From Minisyncoccota bacterium (lineage in GTDB: Bacteria > Patescibacteriota > Minisyncoccia > UBA6257 > XYB1-36-10), in contig JBAZJH010000002.1 of NCBI GenBank assembly GCA_041651415.1, positions 111,075 to 175,074 of the forward strand: a stretch of DNA of 64,000 nucleotides. The letters run 5' to 3'. A program made the position numbers and the translations under genes. Shown piece by piece: positions 39,043 through 47,514 of the stretch (its first letter is position 1; every line of letters begins with the position of its first letter). The notes under the pieces are model-generated. The model made no database searches. It worked only from the letters and a program-made list of their open reading frames with translations, and was not told the origin of the DNA.

Positions 39043-41546
39043 AATTTTTTAGAGATGAAAACAATCTTATCATTTTCCAGAATTGCTTCAAGTTTATCTC
39101 CTTTTTTAATTTCTCCTCTTAAGATTTTTTCAGCCAGAGGATTTTTAAGATAGTCATTAATAGCTTCGTTCAAAGGGCGGGCGCCGAAGACCGGGTCGAA
39201 ACCAAGCTCGGAAACTTTTTTCACAACATCTTTTCCGAGAGAAATACCAATGGACTTATTTTCTTCAATTTCTTTCATAAGAGAGCCGATTTTAAGTTCG
39301 GCGATTTTTTCGATATCTTCCGGAGAAAGATTTTTAAAAGCGATTATTTTGGAAAAACGGTTTAAAAGTTCCGGACGGAAAAAGGCGGTGAGCTTTTTTT
39401 TGAGTTCTTCAGAAATTTCTTCCATTTTTTCTCCGGAATCGATTTTTTCTTTTATCCAATCGGAATGGGCGTTTGAAGTGGCGATAATAATGGCGTTTTT
39501 AAAACTAACGACGCGACCGAAGTTGTCGGTTAAGCGTCCGTCGTCCAGAACTTGCAGAAAAAGATTTAAAATATCGGGATGAGATTTTTCGAACTCATCG
39601 AGGAGAACGAGAGAAAAAGGCTTCTCTGAAATAGCTTCAGTCAAGGAGCCGACAACTTTCCCATCGGGAGAGCCGATGAGCCGGAAAAAACTTTGCTTGT
39701 CCTGAAATTCCGACATATCAAGGCGAATCATTTCTTTTTTGGAACCGAATTCGATTTCAGCGATGATTTTGGAAAGTTCGGTTTTGCCGACGCCAGTCGG
39801 GCCGACAAAAAGAAAAGAGGCGATCGGTCCTTCTTGATTAATAAGGCCGCTTCTGTATTGGCGGAGACTGGAAGAGACGGCAGAGACAGCTTCTTTTTGG
39901 TCGATTAATTTAGCATGAATTATTTCTTCTAAATTAATAAGTTTTTCCGATTCGGAAGCGGTGGTGTCGTGAAGGGGAACGTTTATTTTTCTTTCAGCAA
40001 TTTTAACAATGGAAGAAGCATTCACTTCTTTTTCCCGATTTTGATAAGCGTCAGCGGCAGCTTCTTTTAACAATTTTGAAGCGCTACCCGGAAGCATAAC
40101 TTTTCCAAAATACTGGCGGGCGATTTTTACCGCTTTATTAATGGCGGGAATAGTAATAAGCAATTTATTTTTATATTGATTTTCAAGAATTATTCCTTCA
40201 AAAACGAGAATAGCGGAAGCTTCCTCATCGGTGATTTCTTCAAGCATAATCGGAGAAAAAGCGCCGGAAAAATCGGAATTGTTTTCAATAAGATTTTTAT
40301 ATTCACGCGGAAAAGTGGTGCCGATAACAGAAAAGGAACTGGAGGAGATGGCAGGAATGAGGGTGTCGGCAATAGAAATCGAACCGGGCGAAGAGGATTT
40401 CAAGAGATTGTGAATGTTTTCAATAACGAGAACAATATTTTTAGCTTCGATAATTTCTTTAATAATGTCGGAAACTCTTTTTTGAATTTCTTCATCTTTA
40501 GCGCCGGCAATCAGACTGCCAATTTCGAGAGAAACGAGGCGGTGGTCAAAAAGAGGTTCAGCCACTTCGTCTTTTATAATTTTGAAAGCGAGGTGGGAGA
40601 TGACGGTAGATTTTCCGGAGCCGACTTCTCCAATAAGAAGAGCGTTTGGTCTTTCAGGCTTAGAAATAATATCTTCCAACTCGTCATATTCTTTGGCATG
40701 GCCTATCAGAAGGCCGATACGTTCGTTTCTCGCAAGAAAAGTCAAATCAGTAGAATATTTATCGAGAACGGGGGTGGGAAGGGCAGTCCAGGCGCGATTC
40801 ATAATGATGGGTTTTTCAGAAAAAGAGCGGGGAGCAAAACCGCCAATTGAAGAAGGAAGGCGTTTTAAAAATCCAAGACGCTTTTTATTGGCATTCCAGA
40901 TTATGGCTTTATTAATATCTTCTGGAAGAAGGGAAAAAAAAGAAAGAGCTTCTTTAATTTTTTCGTTTTCGGAAAGAAGAATACCCATAAAAAGATCATG
41001 AATTTCGATGAAGGAATTTTTATTTTGGAGGGCGCTTTTTGCCGAGGCAACACAAATTTTTTCCAAATCAAGATATATTTCTTCTCTAGAAGTTTTGGCG
41101 GTTTCTCTTAAACTGATTGTTTTTGAGAGGAGCTCTTTTTGAGGCGATTCGAGACGAGAGAGAGATTCGGATATTTCTCTTTTTTGAATCAAGTTTTCAA
41201 AGAGGTTTAAAGAAAAACTTTCTTTAGAAATTAGAGATTTATCCAGGCAAGCTTCAAGAGCGTTTAAGGAACGGGAAGTGAGAAAGAGAGAGGAATTTAT
41301 AGGACTTTTTTTGCAATTCAGAAAATTTTTTTCAGCTTTTTTCAAGTGGAAAGAGCGGTCAAGAAGAAAAAGAAAAAGGCCGAGAGCGGGCCAGAAGAGG
41401 TAAGAGATTTTAGAAAAAAAGACGGTGGCGACGAAAGCGATAAGCAGGCTGTAAAAAATATAGGAAATGACGCGGAAAAGAATTCTTTCCAAAAAAGACA
41501 TAGAGAGGCGCGGATTCTTAAAATATATTTCGAAATCAGATTTCAT
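39039..41546 (-). CDS. ClpA/ClpC-like AAA+ ATPase with N-terminal transmembrane helices
   Basis: Two AAA modules (GEVGSGKS; GPTGVGKTE, RLDMSEF, LLDEFEK, FRPELLNRF, FGARPL); hydrophobic N-terminus. Confidence 0.9.
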   Translation of the reverse strand: MKSDFEIYFKNPRLSMSFLERILFRVISYIFYSLLIAFVATVFFSKISYLFWPALGLFLFLLDRSFHLKKAEKNFLNCKKSPINSSLFLTSRSLNALEACLDKSLISKESFSLNLFENLIQKREISESLSRLESPQKELLSKTISLRETAKTSREEIYLDLEKICVASAKSALQNKNSFIEIHDLFMGILLSENEKIKEALSFFSLLPEDINKAIIWNANKKRLGFLKRLPSSIGGFAPRSFSEKPIIMNRAWTALPTPVLDKYSTDLTFLARNERIGLLIGHAKEYDELEDIISKPERPNALLIGEVGSGKSTVISHLAFKIIKDEVAEPLFDHRLVSLEIGSLIAGAKDEEIQKRVSDIIKEIIEAKNIVLVIENIHNLLKSSSPGSISIADTLIPAISSSSFSVIGTTFPREYKNLIENNSDFSGAFSPIMLEEITDEEASAILVFEGIILENQYKNKLLITIPAINKAVKIARQYFGKVMLPGSASKLLKEAAADAYQNREKEVNASSIVKIAERKINVPLHDTTASESEKLINLEEIIHAKLIDQKEAVSAVSSSLRQYRSGLINQEGPIASFLFVGPTGVGKTELSKIIAEIEFGSKKEMIRLDMSEFQDKQSFFRLIGSPDGKVVGSLTEAISEKPFSLVLLDEFEKSHPDILNLFLQVLDDGRLTDNFGRVVSFKNAIIIATSNAHSDWIKEKIDSGEKMEEISEELKKKLTAFFRPELLNRFSKIIAFKNLSPEDIEKIAELKIGSLMKEIEENKSIGISLGKDVVKKVSELGFDPVFGARPLNEAINDYLKNPLAEKILRGEIKKGDKLEAILENDKIVFISKKL

Positions 41547-41922
41547 AGTTTTTGAAATTTAAAATGTTCAGCGCTGGAAAAAATATTTCGGATGATTTTA
41601 AAATAATTAAAAGAGGGAGAATCGACCAAAGGAGAAAGAGGATAACAGCAAGAGAAATGATTATGATGTAAAGCAAAAGACCGAAAAAGAGAAGAATTAT
41701 TCTAAAAGGAAAACCAATCAGGCGCCCAAGGAGAGTGTAGTCTTGAAAAAGAGGCTGAAAGAGGTTGAGGGTAGTTATTTTGACGGCAAAGAAGCTGTCA
41801 AAAAACGCCAAGATGAAAATTGTTTTTCTAATGAAGAAAAAAAAGCCGTCAGAGTACCAATGTTTAAAAAATAGAAAGAGGCGGAGAAAGAAGGATTGAA
41901 TAATGAAGACAGGCAAATACAT
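41536..41922 (-). CDS. membrane protein overlapping the Clp ATPase gene
   Basis: Hydrophobic 128 aa, HWY...LFQPL...GRLIGF. Confidence 0.75.
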   Translation of the reverse strand: MYLPVFIIQSFFLRLFLFFKHWYSDGFFFFIRKTIFILAFFDSFFAVKITTLNLFQPLFQDYTLLGRLIGFPFRIILLFFGLLLYIIIISLAVILFLLWSILPLLIILKSSEIFFPALNILNFKNYEI

Positions 41923-42147
41923 AAGGATATTATATAATGGCTGGTTAAGAATTTCTAATTTGTATAAAAGAAGGTAATAATTAGCATTTTTGAATTATTA
42001 AAGCCAACTGGCAGTCTTTCAAAAAACCGCGAATCGCGAAAATTTTTCAAGACTGCCAGTTGGCTTGACTTATATTTTAGAGAGTGGGGGTGGGAGAGAA
42101 GGAAGGAAGGAGTGGAAAGAGGGGGAAAAGAGAGATATATTTTAGGT

Positions 42148-42753
42148 ATGGAAATAAGCGAAAAAGAAAAACAAGAAAGATATGAGGCGATGAAAAAGAT
42201 AAGAGACGAGGTGATAAATTTGAAAGAATCGCCGCTTTATGCGACGAGAGTAAAACCGGTAATCGGGGAGGGAAGCCATTTTTCCAAAATTATGTTTATC
42301 GGGGAGGCGCCCGGAAAAAACGAGGCGGAGACGGGCAGGCCTTTCTGCGGAGCGGCGGGGAAAATTTTAGATGAGCTTTTAGAATCGGCCGGAATAAAGC
42401 GGGAAGAGGTTTATATAACAAATATTGTGAAAGACCGTCCGCCAAATAACCGCGACCCGTTGCCGGAGGAAATAAGGCTTTACGCGCCGTTTTTAGACAG
42501 ACAGGTGGAGATTATAAAGCCAGAGATAATAGCGACTTTAGGGAGATATTCGATGGTTTATATAATGGAAAGATATGGACTAGCGGAAATGGTGGAACCA
42601 ATAAGCAAGGCGAGGGGAAAAGTTTATGAAACGATTATGCCTTATGGAACGGTAAAAATAGCGCCGCTTTATCATCCGGCCGTGGCGGTTTATAACAGAA
42701 CAATGATTGAGGCATTGAAGGAGGATTTTAAAGTTTTAAAGGAATTAGTTTAA
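42148..42753 (+). CDS. uracil-DNA glycosylase family 4
   Basis: GEG, IMFIGEAPG, GRPFCG, RPPNNRDP, YHPA. Confidence 0.92.
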   Translation: MEISEKEKQERYEAMKKIRDEVINLKESPLYATRVKPVIGEGSHFSKIMFIGEAPGKNEAETGRPFCGAAGKILDELLESAGIKREEVYITNIVKDRPPNNRDPLPEEIRLYAPFLDRQVEIIKPEIIATLGRYSMVYIMERYGLAEMVEPISKARGKVYETIMPYGTVKIAPLYHPAVAVYNRTMIEALKEDFKVLKELV

Positions 42754-42784
42754 AAGGGACTTTATTAAGAGAACGGGTTGTAAA

Positions 42785-43042
42785 AAAACAAAAACATCTC
42801 TGAAAAACAGGGCTAATCGCCATCATTTTTCAGAGATGTTTTTGTTTTATAAATTATAAAGAATTGGTTTAAATTAAGGAGAAATAAATATTAAAACCAA
42901 AAACAATCCTTCAAAACAGGGCTAATCACCAATTCCATCAAAGACGGACAGGCTGTTTTTAGGAATGTTTTTGGTTTTAGTAAAAACTTTTTTAGAGGGG
43001 GAGGAGGTGATAATAATGTAACTCCGACCTTGCGTCGGAGTT
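42785..43042. repeat. family B elements, copies 3 and 4 (tandem)
   Basis: Hairpins with CAGGGCTAATCGCCA and CAGGGCTAATCACCA, then GGGGGAGGAGGTGATAATAA. Confidence 0.75.
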
Positions 43043-43185
43043 TCTCATCTTTTTAGAAGTTGACAGGTTTAGGAAATATGTATATATTTGGCTTAGAATT
43101 AGGTTAGTTAAAAAATGAAATCCGCCCATGGCGAGATAAAGTCCGCCTAAGCTAAAAACTACGGCGAGACGAAGGGAGAAGGAAA

Positions 43186-43482
43186 ATGGCTGAATTACAG
43201 GATTTAGCTTCGCTTAGTAATGAGATTTTAGTAAAAAGATTGATGGAGGTGGTATCAGCTTGTAAAGTAGCGAGAGTAGAAGGTTTTGTTGGGGTGTCTC
43301 GACTTGAGTATGGGTTGATGGAAAAAAATAAAAATGAATTAGAGGCGGAGGTTTTGAGGAGGTTGGAGGAAGCGGAAGAATTAAAATCACATTCAAAGCC
43401 TTCTTTCTCTGGGATTCCATATGAGGTTGCTCTTGAGGCCGGAATGATTGCAACTGAAATGAGGGAGTTTGAAGAGCTTTAA
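43186..43482 (+). CDS. small helical protein, paralog of 27779..27991
   Basis: Duplicated upstream region, SD GGGAG, shared peptide motifs. Confidence 0.7.
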   Translation: MAELQDLASLSNEILVKRLMEVVSACKVARVEGFVGVSRLEYGLMEKNKNELEAEVLRRLEEAEELKSHSKPSFSGIPYEVALEAGMIATEMREFEEL

Positions 43483-43564
43483 AAATGTTTTAAAATGACC
43501 TGCGAGAAACCGCAGGTTTTTTTTATATTTGCTTTTTTTAAAAAGTTCTGTATTATGTACGGGT

Positions 43565-43831
43565 ATGCCAAATACCAGCACAGCCAAAAGGGCTTTAAGA
43601 AAAAATAAAAAAAACAGGGCGATTAATCTTGTCAAAAAGGACGCTTTAAAGGCGGCGATAAAAGAATACAAAAAAATAGCGTTAGCGGGGAAAGGAGACG
43701 AGGCAAAGGCCAAACTTCCGGCGATCTATAAAAAAATAGACAAAGCAGCTAAAATAAATTTGATAAAAAAGAACAAGGCGGCGAGGTTGAAGTCAAGATT
43801 AGCCAAGAAAATAGCAGTCCCAGTGAAATAG
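43565..43831 (+). CDS. rpsT: 30S ribosomal protein S20
   Basis: MPNTSTAKRALR...IDKAAK...KNKAARLKSRL. Confidence 0.95.
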   Translation: MPNTSTAKRALRKNKKNRAINLVKKDALKAAIKEYKKIALAGKGDEAKAKLPAIYKKIDKAAKINLIKKNKAARLKSRLAKKIAVPVK

Positions 43832-43923
43832 TTGCTAAAGCGAATTTCACGAGATAAATTAGTTTTTTAGTTCGTTAGTTGAAAAAACAGAAATCAAAAA
43901 AACAGCGGAAGCTGTTTTTTTGA

Positions 43924-44712
43924 TTATAAAACCAGTTGAAGCAGGGCTTCTTCGTATTCCAAACGGCCGGATTTTACATCCAAGTCGGCTTCGGCCAGTT
44001 TAGATTTTTTCGCGCCATTTTGGTAAGCGAGAGAGTTTAAAATTTTTCCCGGGTCTTCTTTTTGAATAAAAAGGAGTTCAAGAGCAGAAAGACGCTTGCC
44101 AATTTCTTTTTCGGAAAGATTTTTAAGGAGATAAAAAAAATCGTAGTTTTTAGAAAGGCCGATTTTTCGTAAAAGTGAGGCATCTATTTTTTGGCGGATA
44201 AGGGAGAGTTTTTCAAGTTCCGAAACAAGACCCCAAGAATCGCCGGAAAAAGTTTCAGAAATTATTTTTAAAGAAGGTTCGTCAAAGGAAAGATTGAGAT
44301 TTAGAGATTCTTCCAAAATAAAATTTTTCCAAGAATCATCTTTCAAGAGGTCGATTTTTTCAGATTTTACAGGAGGAGAAAGGAGAAAAGAAAAAGGCTT
44401 AGGGGGCAGAGAGGAGTGAGAAATAATAATGATAAAATTATCATTTTTTAAATTGGCTTCAAGGATTTTTTTAAAGTCCTTTTGAAAGTCCGATTCAAAA
44501 GGATTTTTTATAACGCAAAGCTTGGAAGTTTCAAAAAGGGATTGGGAGCCGGAAAAATCTTTGAAGGAAAAAAAGTCTTCTTGATTATCCTTTTCTTTAA
44601 AATCAAATCGTTTGAAAGAAAAGCCGGCAAATTTTTCCAGATATTTAGAAACGATATGCTTTTCTTTTTTTTGGCGGCGGTAGGAGTCGGGACCGTAGAG
44701 GAAAATAATCAT
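43924..44712 (-). CDS. holA: DNA polymerase III delta subunit (short)
   Basis: MIIFLYGPDSY, SLF, SELEKL, DLDVKSG; adjacent to rpsT. Confidence 0.85.
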   Translation of the reverse strand: MIIFLYGPDSYRRQKKEKHIVSKYLEKFAGFSFKRFDFKEKDNQEDFFSFKDFSGSQSLFETSKLCVIKNPFESDFQKDFKKILEANLKNDNFIIIISHSSLPPKPFSFLLSPPVKSEKIDLLKDDSWKNFILEESLNLNLSFDEPSLKIISETFSGDSWGLVSELEKLSLIRQKIDASLLRKIGLSKNYDFFYLLKNLSEKEIGKRLSALELLFIQKEDPGKILNSLAYQNGAKKSKLAEADLDVKSGRLEYEEALLQLVL

Positions 44713-44815
44713 AGTTTAAGCTAATAGTATACGAAGAAAAGAAAAAGTAAAAAAGATGATTTTTCTCTTATAAGTGGTATAGTAGTTTTAGAACACTATC
44801 AGAAAGGAAAAGAAG

Positions 44816-45010
44816 ATGAAAACAGATAAGAAGGGGCTTTTGAAACAGCGGGAGCAGACGCCGGAGGAAATTATTGGCGGAGTTTTAAGACAATTTCCTT
44901 TGTTGTTTTCGAGACTTAAGAAAAGGGTGGGATGTTATTTTGCGGGATCGGGATATGGGAAGCCTTTTAATGAGTCTCCTGAAACGTGGAAGAACTATCT
45001 TAAGGAATAA
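44816..45010 (+). CDS. small hypothetical protein
   Basis: 64 aa ORF, AAAGGA upstream, terminator downstream. Confidence 0.45.
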   Translation: MKTDKKGLLKQREQTPEEIIGGVLRQFPLLFSRLKKRVGCYFAGSGYGKPFNESPETWKNYLKE

Positions 45011-45160
45011 GACTTGGGTATTTATTAAAGCGGTTTCTAAAAAGAAGCCGCTTTTTTATAAAAAGAACAGTGGGAAGATAGAGAAGATTGGGTTTTAAAA
45101 TTTAAATTCTGATGTTCCGATATGATCGGAACATCATTTTTACTCTGAGTAAAAATGATG

Positions 45161-45244
45161 TGGGGATGGGGAGAGTTGAACTCCCATGGGTGTGAGCCCA
45201 TACGCTCCTGAAGCGTACGCGTATACCAGTTCCGCCACATCCCC
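45161..45244 (-). tRNA. tRNA-Leu(CAG)
   Basis: GGGGATGTGGCGGAA...; anticodon arm TACGC-TTCAGGA-GCGTA; long variable arm. Confidence 0.95.
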
Positions 45245-45300
45245 GAAAATAAAAAAAGAACTTGCTTAAATACTAAGAGAAGAATGAAGGAGTGTCAAAG

Positions 45301-46953
45301 CTATTTTAGTTCACGGGCGGTTTTAACAAACCAGTTGTTGATGTCGTCAAAGCGACTAGGAGGAGTGATAATAAGTTTTGTTCCAAAACCGTTTAGATTT
45401 TTTGAAGTGATATAAACATAGTAAGGAGAATAAAGAAAGACGGCGGGGACATCTTTGCCAATAAGAGATTGGAGAGCGGAAAGGTCGCCTATCCGTTCTT
45501 CTTCATCAGAGGTTTTTCTGATTTCTTCAATCAGTTTGTCGACAGTTTTATTTTCGAATAAAGAAAGGTTTAATCCGGGGTGCAGTTTTTCCGAAGAATG
45601 CCAGAAGGAAAAAATGTCGGGACTGCCTCCCAGGATATTACCGAAAATCAGAAGTTCGTAATTGCGGTTTTTGATAGCGTCGTTATTTATTTCTTCGGGA
45701 GAAATAATGATGATGTTAGTTTTGACGCCGATTTCCCGCCAAGCTTTTTCGAGATAGTTGGCAGTGTTAACCAAAAAATCCACTTCCGGAACAACGAGAT
45801 TAAATTCAAGGGAAACGGTCTTATTTTTTATTTTCTTTTCGCGGACTTCATTTTCAATCAGTTTCCAGCCGGAATTTTCGAGAATTTCTTTGGCTTCAAG
45901 AGCTTCGTTATTGGAAACTTCACTGATATTTCGGCCGATAAAATTGGGAGTGATGGGACCAAAGATGGGGTCGGCCCAGCCGCCGAATATTTTTTCAATC
46001 AAATCTTTTTTATTGACGGCGGCATCAAGAGCAAGGCGGACATTTTTGTCCTGCAGGGCGGGGTTGACACTTTGGTTCATAAAAACGGCATAATAGCGGG
46101 GGGTGGCCATTTTATAGATATTGTTGGAGCGGGAAATAAAATCATATTCACTTTTAGTGAGTCCGCCCAAGCCGTCGATTTTAGCAAAATTAAAATCTTC
46201 ACTGGCCTTTTTCAAACTGGTATAGAAATTAATATCCAAATTTTCGACAAAAGGAGAGGATTTAAAATATTTATCGTTAGCAACGAGAGAATATTTAGTG
46301 ATGAAGCCGTCTGATTTCTTTTTGTAGGAATCAAACTTATAAGCGCCGCAGCCGACCGGCTGGAGATTATAATCAGAGAGCCGCCAGTTGTTTAAGGGAA
46401 TGTCGGCATAAATATGTTTGGGAATAATATAAAGCTTTTTCAAATTTTCTTCAAAAAAAGCGTAAGGAGAACTCAGTTTGATGGAAATTTCCAATTCGCT
46501 GACGCGATTCATAACGATGCCTTGCCAGGTGGCGCTCAAGGGAGAATGAAATTCCGGGTCCTGAATTTTATTTAAAGTGAAAATAATATCGTCGCTTGTT
46601 AGTTTTTCACCATCGTGCCAAAAGAGATTATCTTTCAGCCGGATTTGCCAGGATTGATTGTTGTTAGTCGGTTCTATTTTTTCCGCCACTTCAAAGGCGT
46701 TGCAAAAGATAAGAGAAATGAGGTCGCGGTCGGCGTCATTATTGCCGGAAATGATGGGGTTAACAAAAACCGGCTGACCGACAATTCCTTCCGTAAAAAG
46801 TCCGCCTTTTAGAGGGACGGGAACAGTAAATTTATTGAAAAGAATAAAACCAAGAAAAATAAGGGAAGCGAGGGAGACAAAGAAAAAAGTCAAAAAAAGC
46901 TTCCACTCAGAAGGCTTTAAATTTCTGACAATGGCTTTAGCTTTATACCACAA
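45301..46953 (-). CDS. peptide/nickel ABC transporter substrate-binding protein (family 5)
   Basis: WHDGEKLTSDDIIFT, PVGCGAYKF, VRLAL, PAVFLY; N-terminal TM anchor. Confidence 0.88.
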   Translation of the reverse strand: MWYKAKAIVRNLKPSEWKLFLTFFFVSLASLIFLGFILFNKFTVPVPLKGGLFTEGIVGQPVFVNPIISGNNDADRDLISLIFCNAFEVAEKIEPTNNNQSWQIRLKDNLFWHDGEKLTSDDIIFTLNKIQDPEFHSPLSATWQGIVMNRVSELEISIKLSSPYAFFEENLKKLYIIPKHIYADIPLNNWRLSDYNLQPVGCGAYKFDSYKKKSDGFITKYSLVANDKYFKSSPFVENLDINFYTSLKKASEDFNFAKIDGLGGLTKSEYDFISRSNNIYKMATPRYYAVFMNQSVNPALQDKNVRLALDAAVNKKDLIEKIFGGWADPIFGPITPNFIGRNISEVSNNEALEAKEILENSGWKLIENEVREKKIKNKTVSLEFNLVVPEVDFLVNTANYLEKAWREIGVKTNIIIISPEEINNDAIKNRNYELLIFGNILGGSPDIFSFWHSSEKLHPGLNLSLFENKTVDKLIEEIRKTSDEEERIGDLSALQSLIGKDVPAVFLYSPYYVYITSKNLNGFGTKLIITPPSRFDDINNWFVKTARELK

Positions 46954-47152
46954 CGTTTAAGATCGATAAAATCACAAAACAGACGAGAGAAACGACGGTT
47001 AAAATAAAAATTATTTTTTCCACGCCTCTTCTTCTCCCGCGAAAAGCCGATTCGCCTCCCCCGAAAGTTCCAGAAAGACCGGATGACCTTTCTTGAATCA
47101 GAACGAGAGCAACGAGAATTATTGAGAAAATTATTTGAAGGGTAGTAATCAT
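46943..47152 (-). CDS. secG: preprotein translocase subunit SecG
   Basis: LVLIQ...GLSGTFGG...RRGVEK, two TM helices. Confidence 0.9.
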   Translation of the reverse strand: MITTLQIIFSIILVALVLIQERSSGLSGTFGGGESAFRGRRRGVEKIIFILTVVSLVCFVILSILNVVV

Positions 47153-47514
47153 TTTTTATAGACAGATCTAGCGGAAAAGCCGATTAACAGGCTTAAAGCG
47201 CTGAAAATGACAGTGGCAACCAAAAGATCGCTTATCGAATTGATTTTAATGTCATCGCTCAAAAAGTCAAGAAGGTAGAGAAGTCCGGCATTGATAAAAA
47301 AACTTAAAATTCCAAAAGTAATAAAGATAAAAGGAGAGAGAAAAAACTTTATTAAAGGTTTCAGAAAGATATTAATCAAGGCGAGAGCTCCGGCTAAAGA
47401 AAAAAGAGCTTCCAAATTTTCTTTAACTTCAAAGCCGGAAAGATAGCGATTGGCAATCAAGATGGCAACAATATTAGTTAAAAGCGAAAGAAAGAGTTTA
47501 GAGATGATTTTCAT
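47149..47514 (-). CDS. 4-TM phage holin-like (YvlD) membrane protein
   Basis: INIFLKPLI...PFIFITFGILSFFINAGLL. Confidence 0.8.
   Translation of the reverse strand: MKIISKLFLSLLTNIVAILIANRYLSGFEVKENLEALFSLAGALALINIFLKPLIKFFLSPFIFITFGILSFFINAGLLYLLDFLSDDIKINSISDLLVATVIFSALSLLIGFSARSVYKK

Noticed and set aside
45037-45240. 67-aa ORF MWRNWYTR...
   Set aside because: Translation of tRNA-Leu; spurious
39250-46812. Long antisense ORFs (e.g. 40176..40850, 45580..46314)
   Set aside because: Shadow frames opposite well-supported genes, with no recognisable motifs
47149-47514. Prophage signalled by a holin-like gene
   Set aside because: YvlD-type proteins are common chromosomal genes; no integrase, terminase, capsid or lysin nearby
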